Below, piece by piece: positions 56,299 through 64,000 of a stretch of 64,000 nt of DNA; positions within the stretch are counted from its first letter, which is position 1, and the number at the start of each line of letters is the position of its first letter. The DNA is from an uncultured Syntrophobacterales bacterium (GTDB lineage: Bacteria > Desulfobacterota > Binatia > UBA9968 > JAJDTQ01). A model generated the notes under the pieces. The model made no database searches and had not been told where the DNA came from. It was given only the letters and a program-made list of their open reading frames with translations. The translations under genes were made by a program, and so were the position numbers. Location: assembly GCA_964630405.1 (NCBI GenBank), contig CAZVUC010000092.1, positions 7,174 to 71,173 of the forward strand. The letters run 5' to 3'.

Positions 56299-57849
56299 CT
56301 TGATCTGCATGAACTCGTTGATGGCCCTCGGCAGCTCGTCCACCACGTCCGACGCGATGAGGCCGACGCCGCCGCGGTCGTCCGCCACCCGGTCGCCGGT
56401 GCGGCCGTGGAGATATACCCCCAGACGGACGGCATCCTCCGGCGCCAGCCCCTGGGCCAGAAACCCCGCGACGATGCCGGCGAGGACGTCGCCCATGCCC
56501 CCGCTGGCCATGCCGGGGTTGCCGGTGGGATTGATGGACACCCGCCCCTCGGGGGTGGCCATCACCGTCCTCGCGCCCTTGAGGACCAGGTAGCAGCGGT
56601 TCTCCACGGCGAAGGCCCGGGCGATGCCGACTCGGTCGCCGTTGATCTCTTCCGTGCTCATTCCGGCGAGGCGGCCCATCTCCCCCGGGTGCGGCGTCAG
56701 CACCGGCGCAACCCGCGCCTCCCGAAGCCGGCTCACGTCCGCCGCCAGGTTGTTGAGGCCGTCGGCGTCGATGAGCCACGGCAGGCCGCAATGCTCCAGC
56801 AGCGTGTCCAGCGTCTTCCGGGCGGACGCATGGACGCCCACGCCGGGGCCGAACAGCACCGCGCTCTTGCGCTCGGCCAGACCCTCCCACTCACCGGCCC
56901 CGAGCGCCGGCCACTGCTGCTGGCCCGGCTCGCCGAGCGTCTCGGTCATGGGCTCCACCAGGGCGCCGGCCAGGACGTCGTTGAGCCCGCTGGGCGCCGC
57001 CAGGGTTACCAGTCCGGTGCCCACCCGCATGGCCCCGCGACAGGAGAGCACCGCGGCGCCCGTCTTTCCCCGCGACCCGGCCATCACCAGCAGATGGCCG
57101 TAGCTGCCCTTGTGCGAGTCTTCCGCCCGGCGCGGCAGGAACCACACCACGTCGGCCGGGTCCAGCAACTCGGCCGCGGGGGCCACCTCCGCCACCGCCT
57201 CCTGCCGGATGCCGATGTCGGCCACCACCAACTCGCCGCAGTAGCCCGCCCCGGGGTAGACCACCTGCCCGATCTTGGGGTAGCCGAAGGTCACCGTGAC
57301 CTCGGCCTGGACCGCCGCTCCCAGGGGCAGGCCCCGGTCGGAGTCCAGCCCCGACGGCGTGTCCACCGCGACCACGGGAACGCCCGACGCGTTTACGAGC
57401 TCCACCACGTCCGCCAGGAACCCGTCCACCGGCTTCCCCAGCCCGGTTCCCAGGACCGCGTCCACCAGCAGGCCCTTGTCCCGGATGTGCCGGCCCAGGC
57501 TCTCGAGGTCGCCGGACGGGATTTCCGTGAACAGCCCCCCTCCGGTGCGGTAGCGCTCCAGGTTGGCCGCCGCGTCCGGCGACAGCTCCTGCTCCCGGGC
57601 CAGGCACGCCACCTCGCACGGAAACTCCCGGTCCTTCAACAGCCGGGCGATGACCAGCCCGTCGCCGCCGTTGTTGCCCTTGCCCGCCACCACCAGCACG
57701 CCGCGCTTCGCCAGTTGGGTCCAGCGCTTGAGGACGACGTCCACCACCGCCTGCCCGGCCCGCTCCATGAGGGTCAGGCTCGGAACCCTGTGGGCGGTGA
57801 TGGTGAGACGGTCCAGCCGGCGCATCTCTTCCGCGGTTACTACATACAT
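56281..57849 (-). CDS. nnr: bifunctional NAD(P)H-hydrate repair enzyme Nnr (epimerase/dehydratase; YjeF family)
   Basis: 'VLVVAGKGNNGGDG' (N-terminal domain) and 'GPGVG' / 'GDVLAG' (C-terminal carbohydrate-kinase-like domain). Confidence 0.75.
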   Translation of the reverse strand: MYVVTAEEMRRLDRLTITAHRVPSLTLMERAGQAVVDVVLKRWTQLAKRGVLVVAGKGNNGGDGLVIARLLKDREFPCEVACLAREQELSPDAAANLERYRTGGGLFTEIPSGDLESLGRHIRDKGLLVDAVLGTGLGKPVDGFLADVVELVNASGVPVVAVDTPSGLDSDRGLPLGAAVQAEVTVTFGYPKIGQVVYPGAGYCGELVVADIGIRQEAVAEVAPAAELLDPADVVWFLPRRAEDSHKGSYGHLLVMAGSRGKTGAAVLSCRGAMRVGTGLVTLAAPSGLNDVLAGALVEPMTETLGEPGQQQWPALGAGEWEGLAERKSAVLFGPGVGVHASARKTLDTLLEHCGLPWLIDADGLNNLAADVSRLREARVAPVLTPHPGEMGRLAGMSTEEINGDRVGIARAFAVENRCYLVLKGARTVMATPEGRVSINPTGNPGMASGGMGDVLAGIVAGFLAQGLAPEDAVRLGVYLHGRTGDRVADDRGGVGLIASDVVDELPRAINEFMQIKEMIGF

Positions 57850-57852
57850 GAG

Positions 57853-58584
57853 TCAGTGACCGGTCCGATCCGCCTCGGCGATGAGGGCCTTCATCTCCGT
57901 CACCGCCTGGACCATGCCGACCATGATGGAGCGGGCGACGATGCTGTGCCCGATGTTGAGCTCGACGATCTCCCCGATGGCCGCGATGGGAGCGACGTTG
58001 CCGGCATTGAGGCCGTGACCGCCGTGGACCTCGAGACCCATGCCCGCCGCCAGGCCCGCGCCCAGGCGCACCGCCTCGAGCTCCTTCTCCAGGCGTGCCC
58101 CGTCGGCGTTGGCGTAGGCGCCGGTGTGGATTTCCACGGCGTCGGCGCCGAGCTCCCGGCTGGCTTCGAGCTGCTTCAGGTCGGGATCCACGAACAGGCT
58201 CACGCGAATCCCCGCGTCCCGCAGACGGGACACCACGTCCCGTAGCTGTTTCCCGTGGGCGACCACGTCGAGCCCGCCTTCGGTGGTCAGCTCCTCCCGC
58301 CGCTCGGGCACCAGGCAGGCGTCGTCGGGCTTGAGCGTCAGCGCCTGCCGGGTCATTTCCGGGGTGCCGGCCATCTCGAGGTTGAGCGCGGCGGTCAGGC
58401 GCTGCCGCAGCCGGGCCACGTCCCGTTCCTGGATGTGCCGGCGGTCCTCGCGCAAGTGCACGGTGATGACCTGGGCGCCCGCCTGCTCCGCCAGCAGCGC
58501 CGCCTCCACCGGATCCGGGATGTCGATCATCCGCGCCTGCCGTACGGTGGCCACGTGATCGACGTTCACTCCGAGACGCGTCAT
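57853..58584 (-). CDS. pdxJ: pyridoxine 5'-phosphate synthase
   Basis: 'LGVNVDHVATVRQAR' start and 'HLREDRRHI'. Start at the internal ATG; the raw ORF has a Gly/Arg-rich artefactual extension. Confidence 0.8.
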   Translation of the reverse strand: MTRLGVNVDHVATVRQARMIDIPDPVEAALLAEQAGAQVITVHLREDRRHIQERDVARLRQRLTAALNLEMAGTPEMTRQALTLKPDDACLVPERREELTTEGGLDVVAHGKQLRDVVSRLRDAGIRVSLFVDPDLKQLEASRELGADAVEIHTGAYANADGARLEKELEAVRLGAGLAAGMGLEVHGGHGLNAGNVAPIAAIGEIVELNIGHSIVARSIMVGMVQAVTEMKALIAEADRTGH

Positions 58585-60014
58585 CCCGGGACTCCCAGAT
58601 CGGCCTGGATGGCGTCGGCGATCCCTTGCGCCAGCCGCCGTATCTCGTCCTCGGACTCTCCCTCGAGCATCACCCGGGCCAGCGGCTCGGTGCCGGAGTA
58701 GCGCACCAGGACCCGGCCCCGGCCGTCCAGCAGGTGCTCGCTCTCGGTGATGCGCGCCTGCGCCCGGACCAGCTCGGAGAGCGGACGCTTCTCGCGCACG
58801 GGTACGTTCACCACCACCTGAGGGAGCTTGCCCATGCCGCGGCGAAGCTCGCTCAGGGGCTTCTCCTGCTCGATCATCAGGGCCAGCACCTGCAACGCCG
58901 TGAGACAGCCGTCGCCCGTGGTGTTGTGGTCCAGGAACACCAAGTGTCCGGACTGCTCGCCGCCGAGGTTGTGGCCGCCCTGGCGCATGGCCTCCACCAC
59001 GTAGCGGTCGCCGATGCCCGTACGGAGGACCTCGATGCCGTGTTCCCGGAGGCCGACGTCGAGCCCCATGTTGCTCATCACCGTCGCCACCACGGCGCCG
59101 GTCGGAAGCCGGCCGGCGCGCTTCATCTCGATGGCGCACATGGCCAGCACCTCGTCGCCGTCCACCAGCGCGCCCTTTTCGTCGATGAACAGCGCCCGGT
59201 CGGCGTCGCCGTCCAGGCACACCGCCAGGTCCGCGCCGTGCTCCAGGAGCGCTGCCCGGGCCGTCTCCGGGTGCACCGAGCCGCAGTCCAGGTTGATGTT
59301 GGTGCCGTCGGGCTCCACCGCCACCGGAATGACCTCGGCCCCGAGCTCTCTCAAGACGTCCGGCGCCACCCGGTACGCCGCGCCGTTGGCGCAGTCCACC
59401 ACGACCTTGAGGCCTTCCAGCGTCAGGTGCCCGGGGAACGTGCTCTTGAGGAAGGCGATGGTCCTCCCCAGGGCGTCGGCGATGCGGTACGCCTTGCCGA
59501 TGTCCGTGGCCGCCGGCCGGTGCCCGCCGTGTTCATCGTTCAGGACCAGGTCTTCCATGCGCCGCTCCCACTCATCCGGGAGCTTGAAGCCGTCGCTGGA
59601 GAAGAACTTGATGCCGTTGTCCTGGTAGGAGTTGTGGGATGCCGAGATCACCACCCCGGCGTCGGCCCGCATGCTGCGGGTGAGGAACGCCACGGCCGGG
59701 GTCGGCAGCGGACCCACCAGCAGGACGTCCGCCCCCATCGAGCAGATCCCCGAGGCCAGCGCGGTCTCGAACATGTAGCCCGACAGGCGGGTGTCCTTGC
59801 CGATGAGGATGCGCCGCCGGTGGGTGCGCTTTCGTCCGAGGGCGGCGCGCCCGGCCTGGCCCGCGCCCGGGCCGCCGACCACGTCAGCGATGGCCCGGCC
59901 CAGCCTCAGCGACGTTTCCGAGGTCATGGGCTCCTGGTTGGCGGTGCCGCGGATTCCGTCGGTGCCGAACAGACGGCGCCGGCCCGGAGTCGCTTGTGGT
60001 CCGTTGTATGTCAT
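58581..60014 (-). CDS. glmM: phosphoglucosamine mutase
   Basis: 'FGTDGIRG' N-terminal motif. Active-site Ser region 'SASHN'. Confidence 0.8.
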   Translation of the reverse strand: MTYNGPQATPGRRRLFGTDGIRGTANQEPMTSETSLRLGRAIADVVGGPGAGQAGRAALGRKRTHRRRILIGKDTRLSGYMFETALASGICSMGADVLLVGPLPTPAVAFLTRSMRADAGVVISASHNSYQDNGIKFFSSDGFKLPDEWERRMEDLVLNDEHGGHRPAATDIGKAYRIADALGRTIAFLKSTFPGHLTLEGLKVVVDCANGAAYRVAPDVLRELGAEVIPVAVEPDGTNINLDCGSVHPETARAALLEHGADLAVCLDGDADRALFIDEKGALVDGDEVLAMCAIEMKRAGRLPTGAVVATVMSNMGLDVGLREHGIEVLRTGIGDRYVVEAMRQGGHNLGGEQSGHLVFLDHNTTGDGCLTALQVLALMIEQEKPLSELRRGMGKLPQVVVNVPVREKRPLSELVRAQARITESEHLLDGRGRVLVRYSGTEPLARVMLEGESEDEIRRLAQGIADAIQADLGVPG

Positions 60015-60021
60015 GGGCTCC

Positions 60022-60963
60022 CTAAGCAGACTGAACTCCCCGGAGCGCCGCGCCGCGGATCGCGTCCGCCACCCGCACCGCCCTCAGGGTTTCCGCCACG
60101 TCGTGGACCCGCACCATGTGGGCTCCCGCCAGCACCGCCGCGGTCGCACCGGCCAAACTCCCCTCCAGCCGGCCGGCCGGTCCGGCGGGCGGCCGCGGCG
60201 CCGCGGCTTCCTCGATCCGGCCGAGGAACGACTTGCGGGACAGGCCCACCAGCACCGGCCGCCCCAGCTCCCCGAGCGCGCGCAGGTGCCGCAACAACGC
60301 CAGGTTGTGCTCCAGTCCCTTGCCGAAGCCGATGCCCGGGTCCACCACGATCCGCTCCGGTCCGACTCCGCTCTTCACGGCATGGGCGACGCGCTCCCGC
60401 AGGAAGTCGGCGACCTCGCGGACCACGTCGTCGTAGCGCGGCGCCACCTGCATGGTGCGGGGCCGCCCCTGCATGTGCATGAGCACCACCGGAACGTCCT
60501 CGCCCGCCACCAGCCCAGCCATGGCCGGATCGAACCGCAGGGCGCTGATGTCGTTCACCATGTCCGCGCCCTCGTCCAGCGCCCGCCGCGCCACCTCGGC
60601 CTTGTAGGTGTCGATGCTGATGGGCACCGGCGTCCGTTGCCGCAGCCCGCGGATCACCGGCAGCACCCGGTCGAGCTCCTCGGCCGCCGACACCGCGGCC
60701 GCGCCCGGCCGGGTGGACTCGCCGCCCACGTCCACGATGCTCGCGCCTTGGCGGGCCATCTCCACCCCCCTCGCCACCGCGGCATCGACATCCGGGTAGC
60801 GGCCGCCGTCGGCGAAGGAATCGGGGGTGACGTTCAGGATACCCATCACCGCCGTGCGGCCGCGCATGTCCACCTGCCCGTGGCGCGTCGCCAGCATCGC
60901 GTCCGGCCCAAGGTCGAAGTCGGCGATCGGTGACGGCTCGGGCCGGCTTGGCTTGATGCGCAT
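60022..60963 (-). CDS. folP: dihydropteroate synthase
   Basis: 'VMGILNVTPDSFADGG' motif. Start at the internal ATG at 60963; the upstream extension overlaps the terminator hairpins. Confidence 0.75.
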   Translation of the reverse strand: MRIKPSRPEPSPIADFDLGPDAMLATRHGQVDMRGRTAVMGILNVTPDSFADGGRYPDVDAAVARGVEMARQGASIVDVGGESTRPGAAAVSAAEELDRVLPVIRGLRQRTPVPISIDTYKAEVARRALDEGADMVNDISALRFDPAMAGLVAGEDVPVVLMHMQGRPRTMQVAPRYDDVVREVADFLRERVAHAVKSGVGPERIVVDPGIGFGKGLEHNLALLRHLRALGELGRPVLVGLSRKSFLGRIEEAAAPRPPAGPAGRLEGSLAGATAAVLAGAHMVRVHDVAETLRAVRVADAIRGAALRGVQSA

Positions 60964-60984
60964 GGTTGGACTCTGGAAACGGGT

Positions 60985-61051
60985 GGGGGCGGGGTTCAAA
61001 CCCGCCCGCGAATGGTGCCACGCGGGCGCGGGCGGGGTTCAAACCCGCCCC
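60985..61051 (-). terminator. two tandem GC-rich hairpins (GGGCGGGG-TTCAAA-CCCGCCC) immediately after the ftsH stop
   Basis: Hairpins at about 60985-61007 and 61027-61051. The second abuts the ftsH stop codon. Confidence 0.4.
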
Positions 61052-62898
61052 TACGCGGGAACGGGTGTCGTGGGCAGGTCGGGACCGCTGTCTCCCATGT
61101 ATTCCTTGACGATGACGTCGATCTCCGCCCCGTCCAGCACTTCCTTGTCCAGCAGCTCCATGGCGACCCGATGCAAAAGCTCGAGGTGGGTGGTCAGGAT
61201 ATCCTTGGCCTTTTCGTAGCACCCCTGGATGATGTGCCGGACCTCCCTGTCGATCTCCACCGCCGTGCTTTCCGAGTAGTCCTGTTGCTGGGTGAAGTCG
61301 CGGCCGAGAAAGATCTGCTCTTCCTTCTTGCCGAAGGTCATGGGCCCCAGCTTCTCGCTCATGCCCCACTCGCAGACCATCCGGTGAGCGATCTCGGTGG
61401 CGCGCTCGATGTCGTTGCCGGCGCCCGTGGTCATGTGGTCGAGGATCAGCTCTTCCGCGACCCGCCCGCCGAACAGGATGGTCACGTTGTTCAGCAGATG
61501 CTGCTTGTCCTGGCTGTGGCGCTCGTCCACGGGGAGCTGCTGGGTGAGGCCCAGCGCCATGCCGCGCGGGATGATGGTCACCTTGTGGACCGGGTCCGCG
61601 CCCGGCAGAAGCTTCGCCACCAGCGCATGACCGGACTCGTGATAGGCGGTGTTCCGCTTCTCCTCGTCGCTGATGATCATGCTCTTGCGCTCGGTCCCCA
61701 TCATGACTTTGTCCTTGGCGAGCTCAAAGTCATTCATGTTGACCTTTTCCTTGTCGTTCCGCGCCGCCAGCAGGGCCGCCTCGTTGACCAGGTTCTCGAG
61801 GTCGGCGCCGGCGAAACCGGGCGTGCCCCGGGCCAGCACCCGGATGTCCACGTCGTTCTCCAGTGGCACCCGGCGGCTGTGCACGGCCAGGATTCCTTCG
61901 CGCCCCTTGATGTCGGGCCGGGGCACCACCACGCGGCGGTCGAACCGGCCCGGCCGCAGCAAAGCCGGGTCCAGGACGTCGGGCCGGTTGGTGGCGGCGA
62001 TGAGGATCACCCCGTCGTTGGCCTCGAACCCGTCCATCTCCACCAGCAACTGGTTGAGAGTCTGCTCCCGCTCGTCGTGGCCGCCGCCCAGTCCGGCGCC
62101 GCGCTGGCGGCCGACCGCGTCGATCTCGTCCACGAAGACGATGCACGGGGCCTGCTTCTTGGCCTGAACGAACAGGTCCCGCACCCGCGAGGCGCCCACG
62201 CCCACGAACATCTCGACGAAATCCGAGCCGCTGATGCTGAAGAAGGGCACTCCGGCCTCACCCGCGATGGCCCGCGCCAGCAGGGTCTTGCCCGTGCCCG
62301 GGGGCCCCACCAGCAGGCAGCCCTTGGGGATCCGTCCGCCCAGGCGGGTGAACTTCTTGGGGTCCTTGAGGAACGCGATGACTTCCTGCAACTCGTCCTT
62401 GGCTTCGTCCACCCCGGCCACGTCGCTGAACGTGACCCGCGCCTGGTTCTCGTTCAGCAGGCGCGCCCGGCTCTTGCCGAAGGACATGGCCTTGCCGCCC
62501 CCCGCCTGCATCTGCCGCATGAAGAAGATCCACACGCCCACCAGGAGCAGCATCGGGAACCAGTTCACCAGCAGCACGAAGTACCAGGGGGAATCGTCCT
62601 CGGGCTTGGCGGCGATACGGATGTTCTTCTCCCGGAGCGTCGTCACCAACCCTGGGTCGCTGGGCGAAAAGGTCCGGAAGCGCTCGCCGCTCTGGTACTT
62701 GCCCTGGACGTGCCGGCCCTGGATCGTCACCTCCTGCACGTCGCCGCGCTCCACCGCGGACCAGAAGTCGCTGTAGACGATCTCGGGCTCCCTGCCCTGT
62801 TGCCGCGTGAACACGTTGAAGAGCAACAGGAACATCAACCCCAGGACGAGCCACAGGGCGAGGTTTTTGGTCGCTTGATTCAAAGGGGGTTTCTCCAA
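61051..62898 (-). CDS. ftsH: ATP-dependent zinc metalloprotease FtsH
   Basis: Two N-terminal TM helices. Walker A 'GPPGTGKT', Walker B 'IVFVDEID'. Zinc motif 'HESGHAL'. Confidence 0.85.
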   Translation of the reverse strand: MEKPPLNQATKNLALWLVLGLMFLLLFNVFTRQQGREPEIVYSDFWSAVERGDVQEVTIQGRHVQGKYQSGERFRTFSPSDPGLVTTLREKNIRIAAKPEDDSPWYFVLLVNWFPMLLLVGVWIFFMRQMQAGGGKAMSFGKSRARLLNENQARVTFSDVAGVDEAKDELQEVIAFLKDPKKFTRLGGRIPKGCLLVGPPGTGKTLLARAIAGEAGVPFFSISGSDFVEMFVGVGASRVRDLFVQAKKQAPCIVFVDEIDAVGRQRGAGLGGGHDEREQTLNQLLVEMDGFEANDGVILIAATNRPDVLDPALLRPGRFDRRVVVPRPDIKGREGILAVHSRRVPLENDVDIRVLARGTPGFAGADLENLVNEAALLAARNDKEKVNMNDFELAKDKVMMGTERKSMIISDEEKRNTAYHESGHALVAKLLPGADPVHKVTIIPRGMALGLTQQLPVDERHSQDKQHLLNNVTILFGGRVAEELILDHMTTGAGNDIERATEIAHRMVCEWGMSEKLGPMTFGKKEEQIFLGRDFTQQQDYSESTAVEIDREVRHIIQGCYEKAKDILTTHLELLHRVAMELLDKEVLDGAEIDVIVKEYMGDSGPDLPTTPVPA

Positions 62899-63038
62899 CC
62901 TACCGTTTCCTCGAAAAAGTTAACACAGGGGTATGGCTACTTCAATTCAATAAGAACGGGAGCGGTCCAAGTCAACCGAGGGGCTCCGCCCGGGGGCACG
63001 CGGTCACGGGGGCGTCTGGGGTGGCCTTCCGCGCGCCT

Positions 63039-64000
63039 CTACGAGACCTTGATCCGCCAGACCGCCTCGGTCTCGGGCTCCAACCTCGCGAAATCACTCC
63101 GGGCGCAGCCGGGGACCCACACGATCTCCTCCCCCGCCAGGAGCAGCGGAAGGGTCCGGCGCCGGGAGCGCGGGACCTTCTTTTCGATGAAAAGGTCCTT
63201 GAGCTTCTTGTGGCCGGCCATGCCCAGGGGCCGGAACCGGTCTCCGGGCCGGGAGTTGCGGACCCGGAGCTCCCCGCCGTTCCGTTCCAGGCATGAGAGG
63301 TCGAAGGCCGCCTCGAAGGCGCCCTCCGGCATCTCCAGGGTCGTGGAGCGCCACGCCGTGACCTGGACCCCGGCCTCGGGGACCACCACCTCGCCCTCCA
63401 GCGGCAGCGGGTAGGAATAGTCCTCGGTGCGCGGGGGTTCCTTCCGGGCGCCTTCCGCGGACCGCGTCAGCCGCACCGAATCGTACTCCCGCAACACCGT
63501 CCAGGATCCGGGAAGGGACACGCTGGCGTGGGGACGGGGGCCGCCGATGGCCTGCAGCACGGCGTCCACGTGCGCGAAACCGATGCGCCGGAGCGTCCCC
63601 AGGCCGCGGTTCAACCAGAATCGCACCAGCCGGGGCCGGAGCTCGGGTTCGAGGCCGAGAAAGGCGGCCCGGTCCAGCACGTCGCCGCGGACAACCCGCG
63701 GGTACACCCCGGCCACCCGCCGTTCCAGCAGCGCGTGGTCGGAGCGGAGCATCCCGGCCAGCCGGGCGAGGCGGAGCTCCAGGCCGTCGTCCGTCTGTTC
63801 CCCGAGTCCCGGCAACACGGTCCGGCGGATCCGGTTCCGCAGGTAGCGGGTGTCGCGGTTGGTGCGGTCTTCCCGATAGTCCAGCCCGCGGCTTTCCAGA
63901 TATTCGAGGATCTCGTCCCGGGCGACATCCAGCAGCGGACGGATCAACAGCGTCCCGTCGGCCCCGGCGCCATCCCGCGCCAGCGGCCGCACCGCCGGCA
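63039..64000 (-). CDS. tilS: tRNA(Ile)-lysidine synthetase (partial; N-terminus beyond window end)
   Basis: TilS central/C-terminal region 'REDRTNRDTRYLRNRIR'. Conserved tilS-ftsH gene order. Confidence 0.6.
   Translation of the reverse strand, partial: PAVRPLARDGAGADGTLLIRPLLDVARDEILEYLESRGLDYREDRTNRDTRYLRNRIRRTVLPGLGEQTDDGLELRLARLAGMLRSDHALLERRVAGVYPRVVRGDVLDRAAFLGLEPELRPRLVRFWLNRGLGTLRRIGFAHVDAVLQAIGGPRPHASVSLPGSWTVLREYDSVRLTRSAEGARKEPPRTEDYSYPLPLEGEVVVPEAGVQVTAWRSTTLEMPEGAFEAAFDLSCLERNGGELRVRNSRPGDRFRPLGMAGHKKLKDLFIEKKVPRSRRRTLPLLLAGEEIVWVPGCARSDFARLEPETEAVWRIKVS

Noticed and set aside
50799-60482. Series of long plus-strand ORFs: 50799-52013, 52802-54568, 54510-55844, 56407-58245, 58626-60482
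   Set aside because: All are antisense to recognisable housekeeping genes (mnmA, cimA, lysC, nnr, pdxJ/glmM).
60985-61051. Possible tRNA or tRNA fragment
   Set aside because: Only T-arm-like hairpins. No acceptor, D or anticodon arms.
61012-63414. 800-aa plus-strand ORF
   Set aside because: Antisense to ftsH and tilS.

Overview
High-GC (roughly two-thirds G+C by eye) bacterial chromosomal segment. No rRNA genes or CRISPR arrays were found; one tRNA is present. Long antisense ORFs in the six-frame track are high-GC artefacts. Coding strand was chosen wherever a translation carries recognisable family motifs. All family calls rest on motif recognition by eye; no BLAST or HMM searches were run.

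Two accessory regions stand out:

(1) A defence island at about 4.5-17.2 kb on the minus strand. It is tightly packed. It holds the helicase / methylase / ATPase triad: an SNF2 helicase with a C-terminal DUF3883, a DUF1156 adenine methyltransferase and a DUF499 ATPase. The triad is interrupted by a GmrSD-like type IV nuclease fused to an AlbA_2 domain, and by a DUF433/DUF5615 toxin-antitoxin pair. A ribbon-helix-helix antitoxin-like gene sits at the island border. The triad was predicted computationally as a defence system; as far as I recall it is not experimentally characterised. This configuration looks novel.

(2) A 10.2-kb phage-satellite-like element at 27627-37834, resembling a capsid-forming PICI. 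It is integrated at the 3' end of tRNA-Asn(GTT) and bounded by a 14-bp direct repeat. Its genes are an integrase, AlpA, a RepA-like ATPase, terminase large subunit, HNH nuclease, HK97 capsid, prohead protease, head-tail connector/closure and portal. It has no tail or lysis genes. Next to the tRNA end it carries an odd repeat-rich ORF and DNA repeats.

The rest of the window:
- A left-end operon: matrixin-like secreted metalloprotease, trehalose-phosphatase and an ATP-grasp-like protein.
- A YbdK-type ligase.
- Amidohydrolase, an orphan xanthine-dehydrogenase-family molybdenum subunit, and an MBL hydrolase / SAM methyltransferase / Cys-rich protein / LLM oxidoreductase cluster.
- BrnA-like and VapBC toxin-antitoxin modules and two Mut7-C/DUF5615 PIN-like proteins.
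- An ABC exporter pair and a SAM methyltransferase plus ERG4/ERG24-like reductase pair.
- A long housekeeping array: purN, purM, rnc, mtaB, mnmA, cysE, cimA, lysC, tsaE, nnr, pdxJ, glmM, folP, ftsH and a partial tilS.
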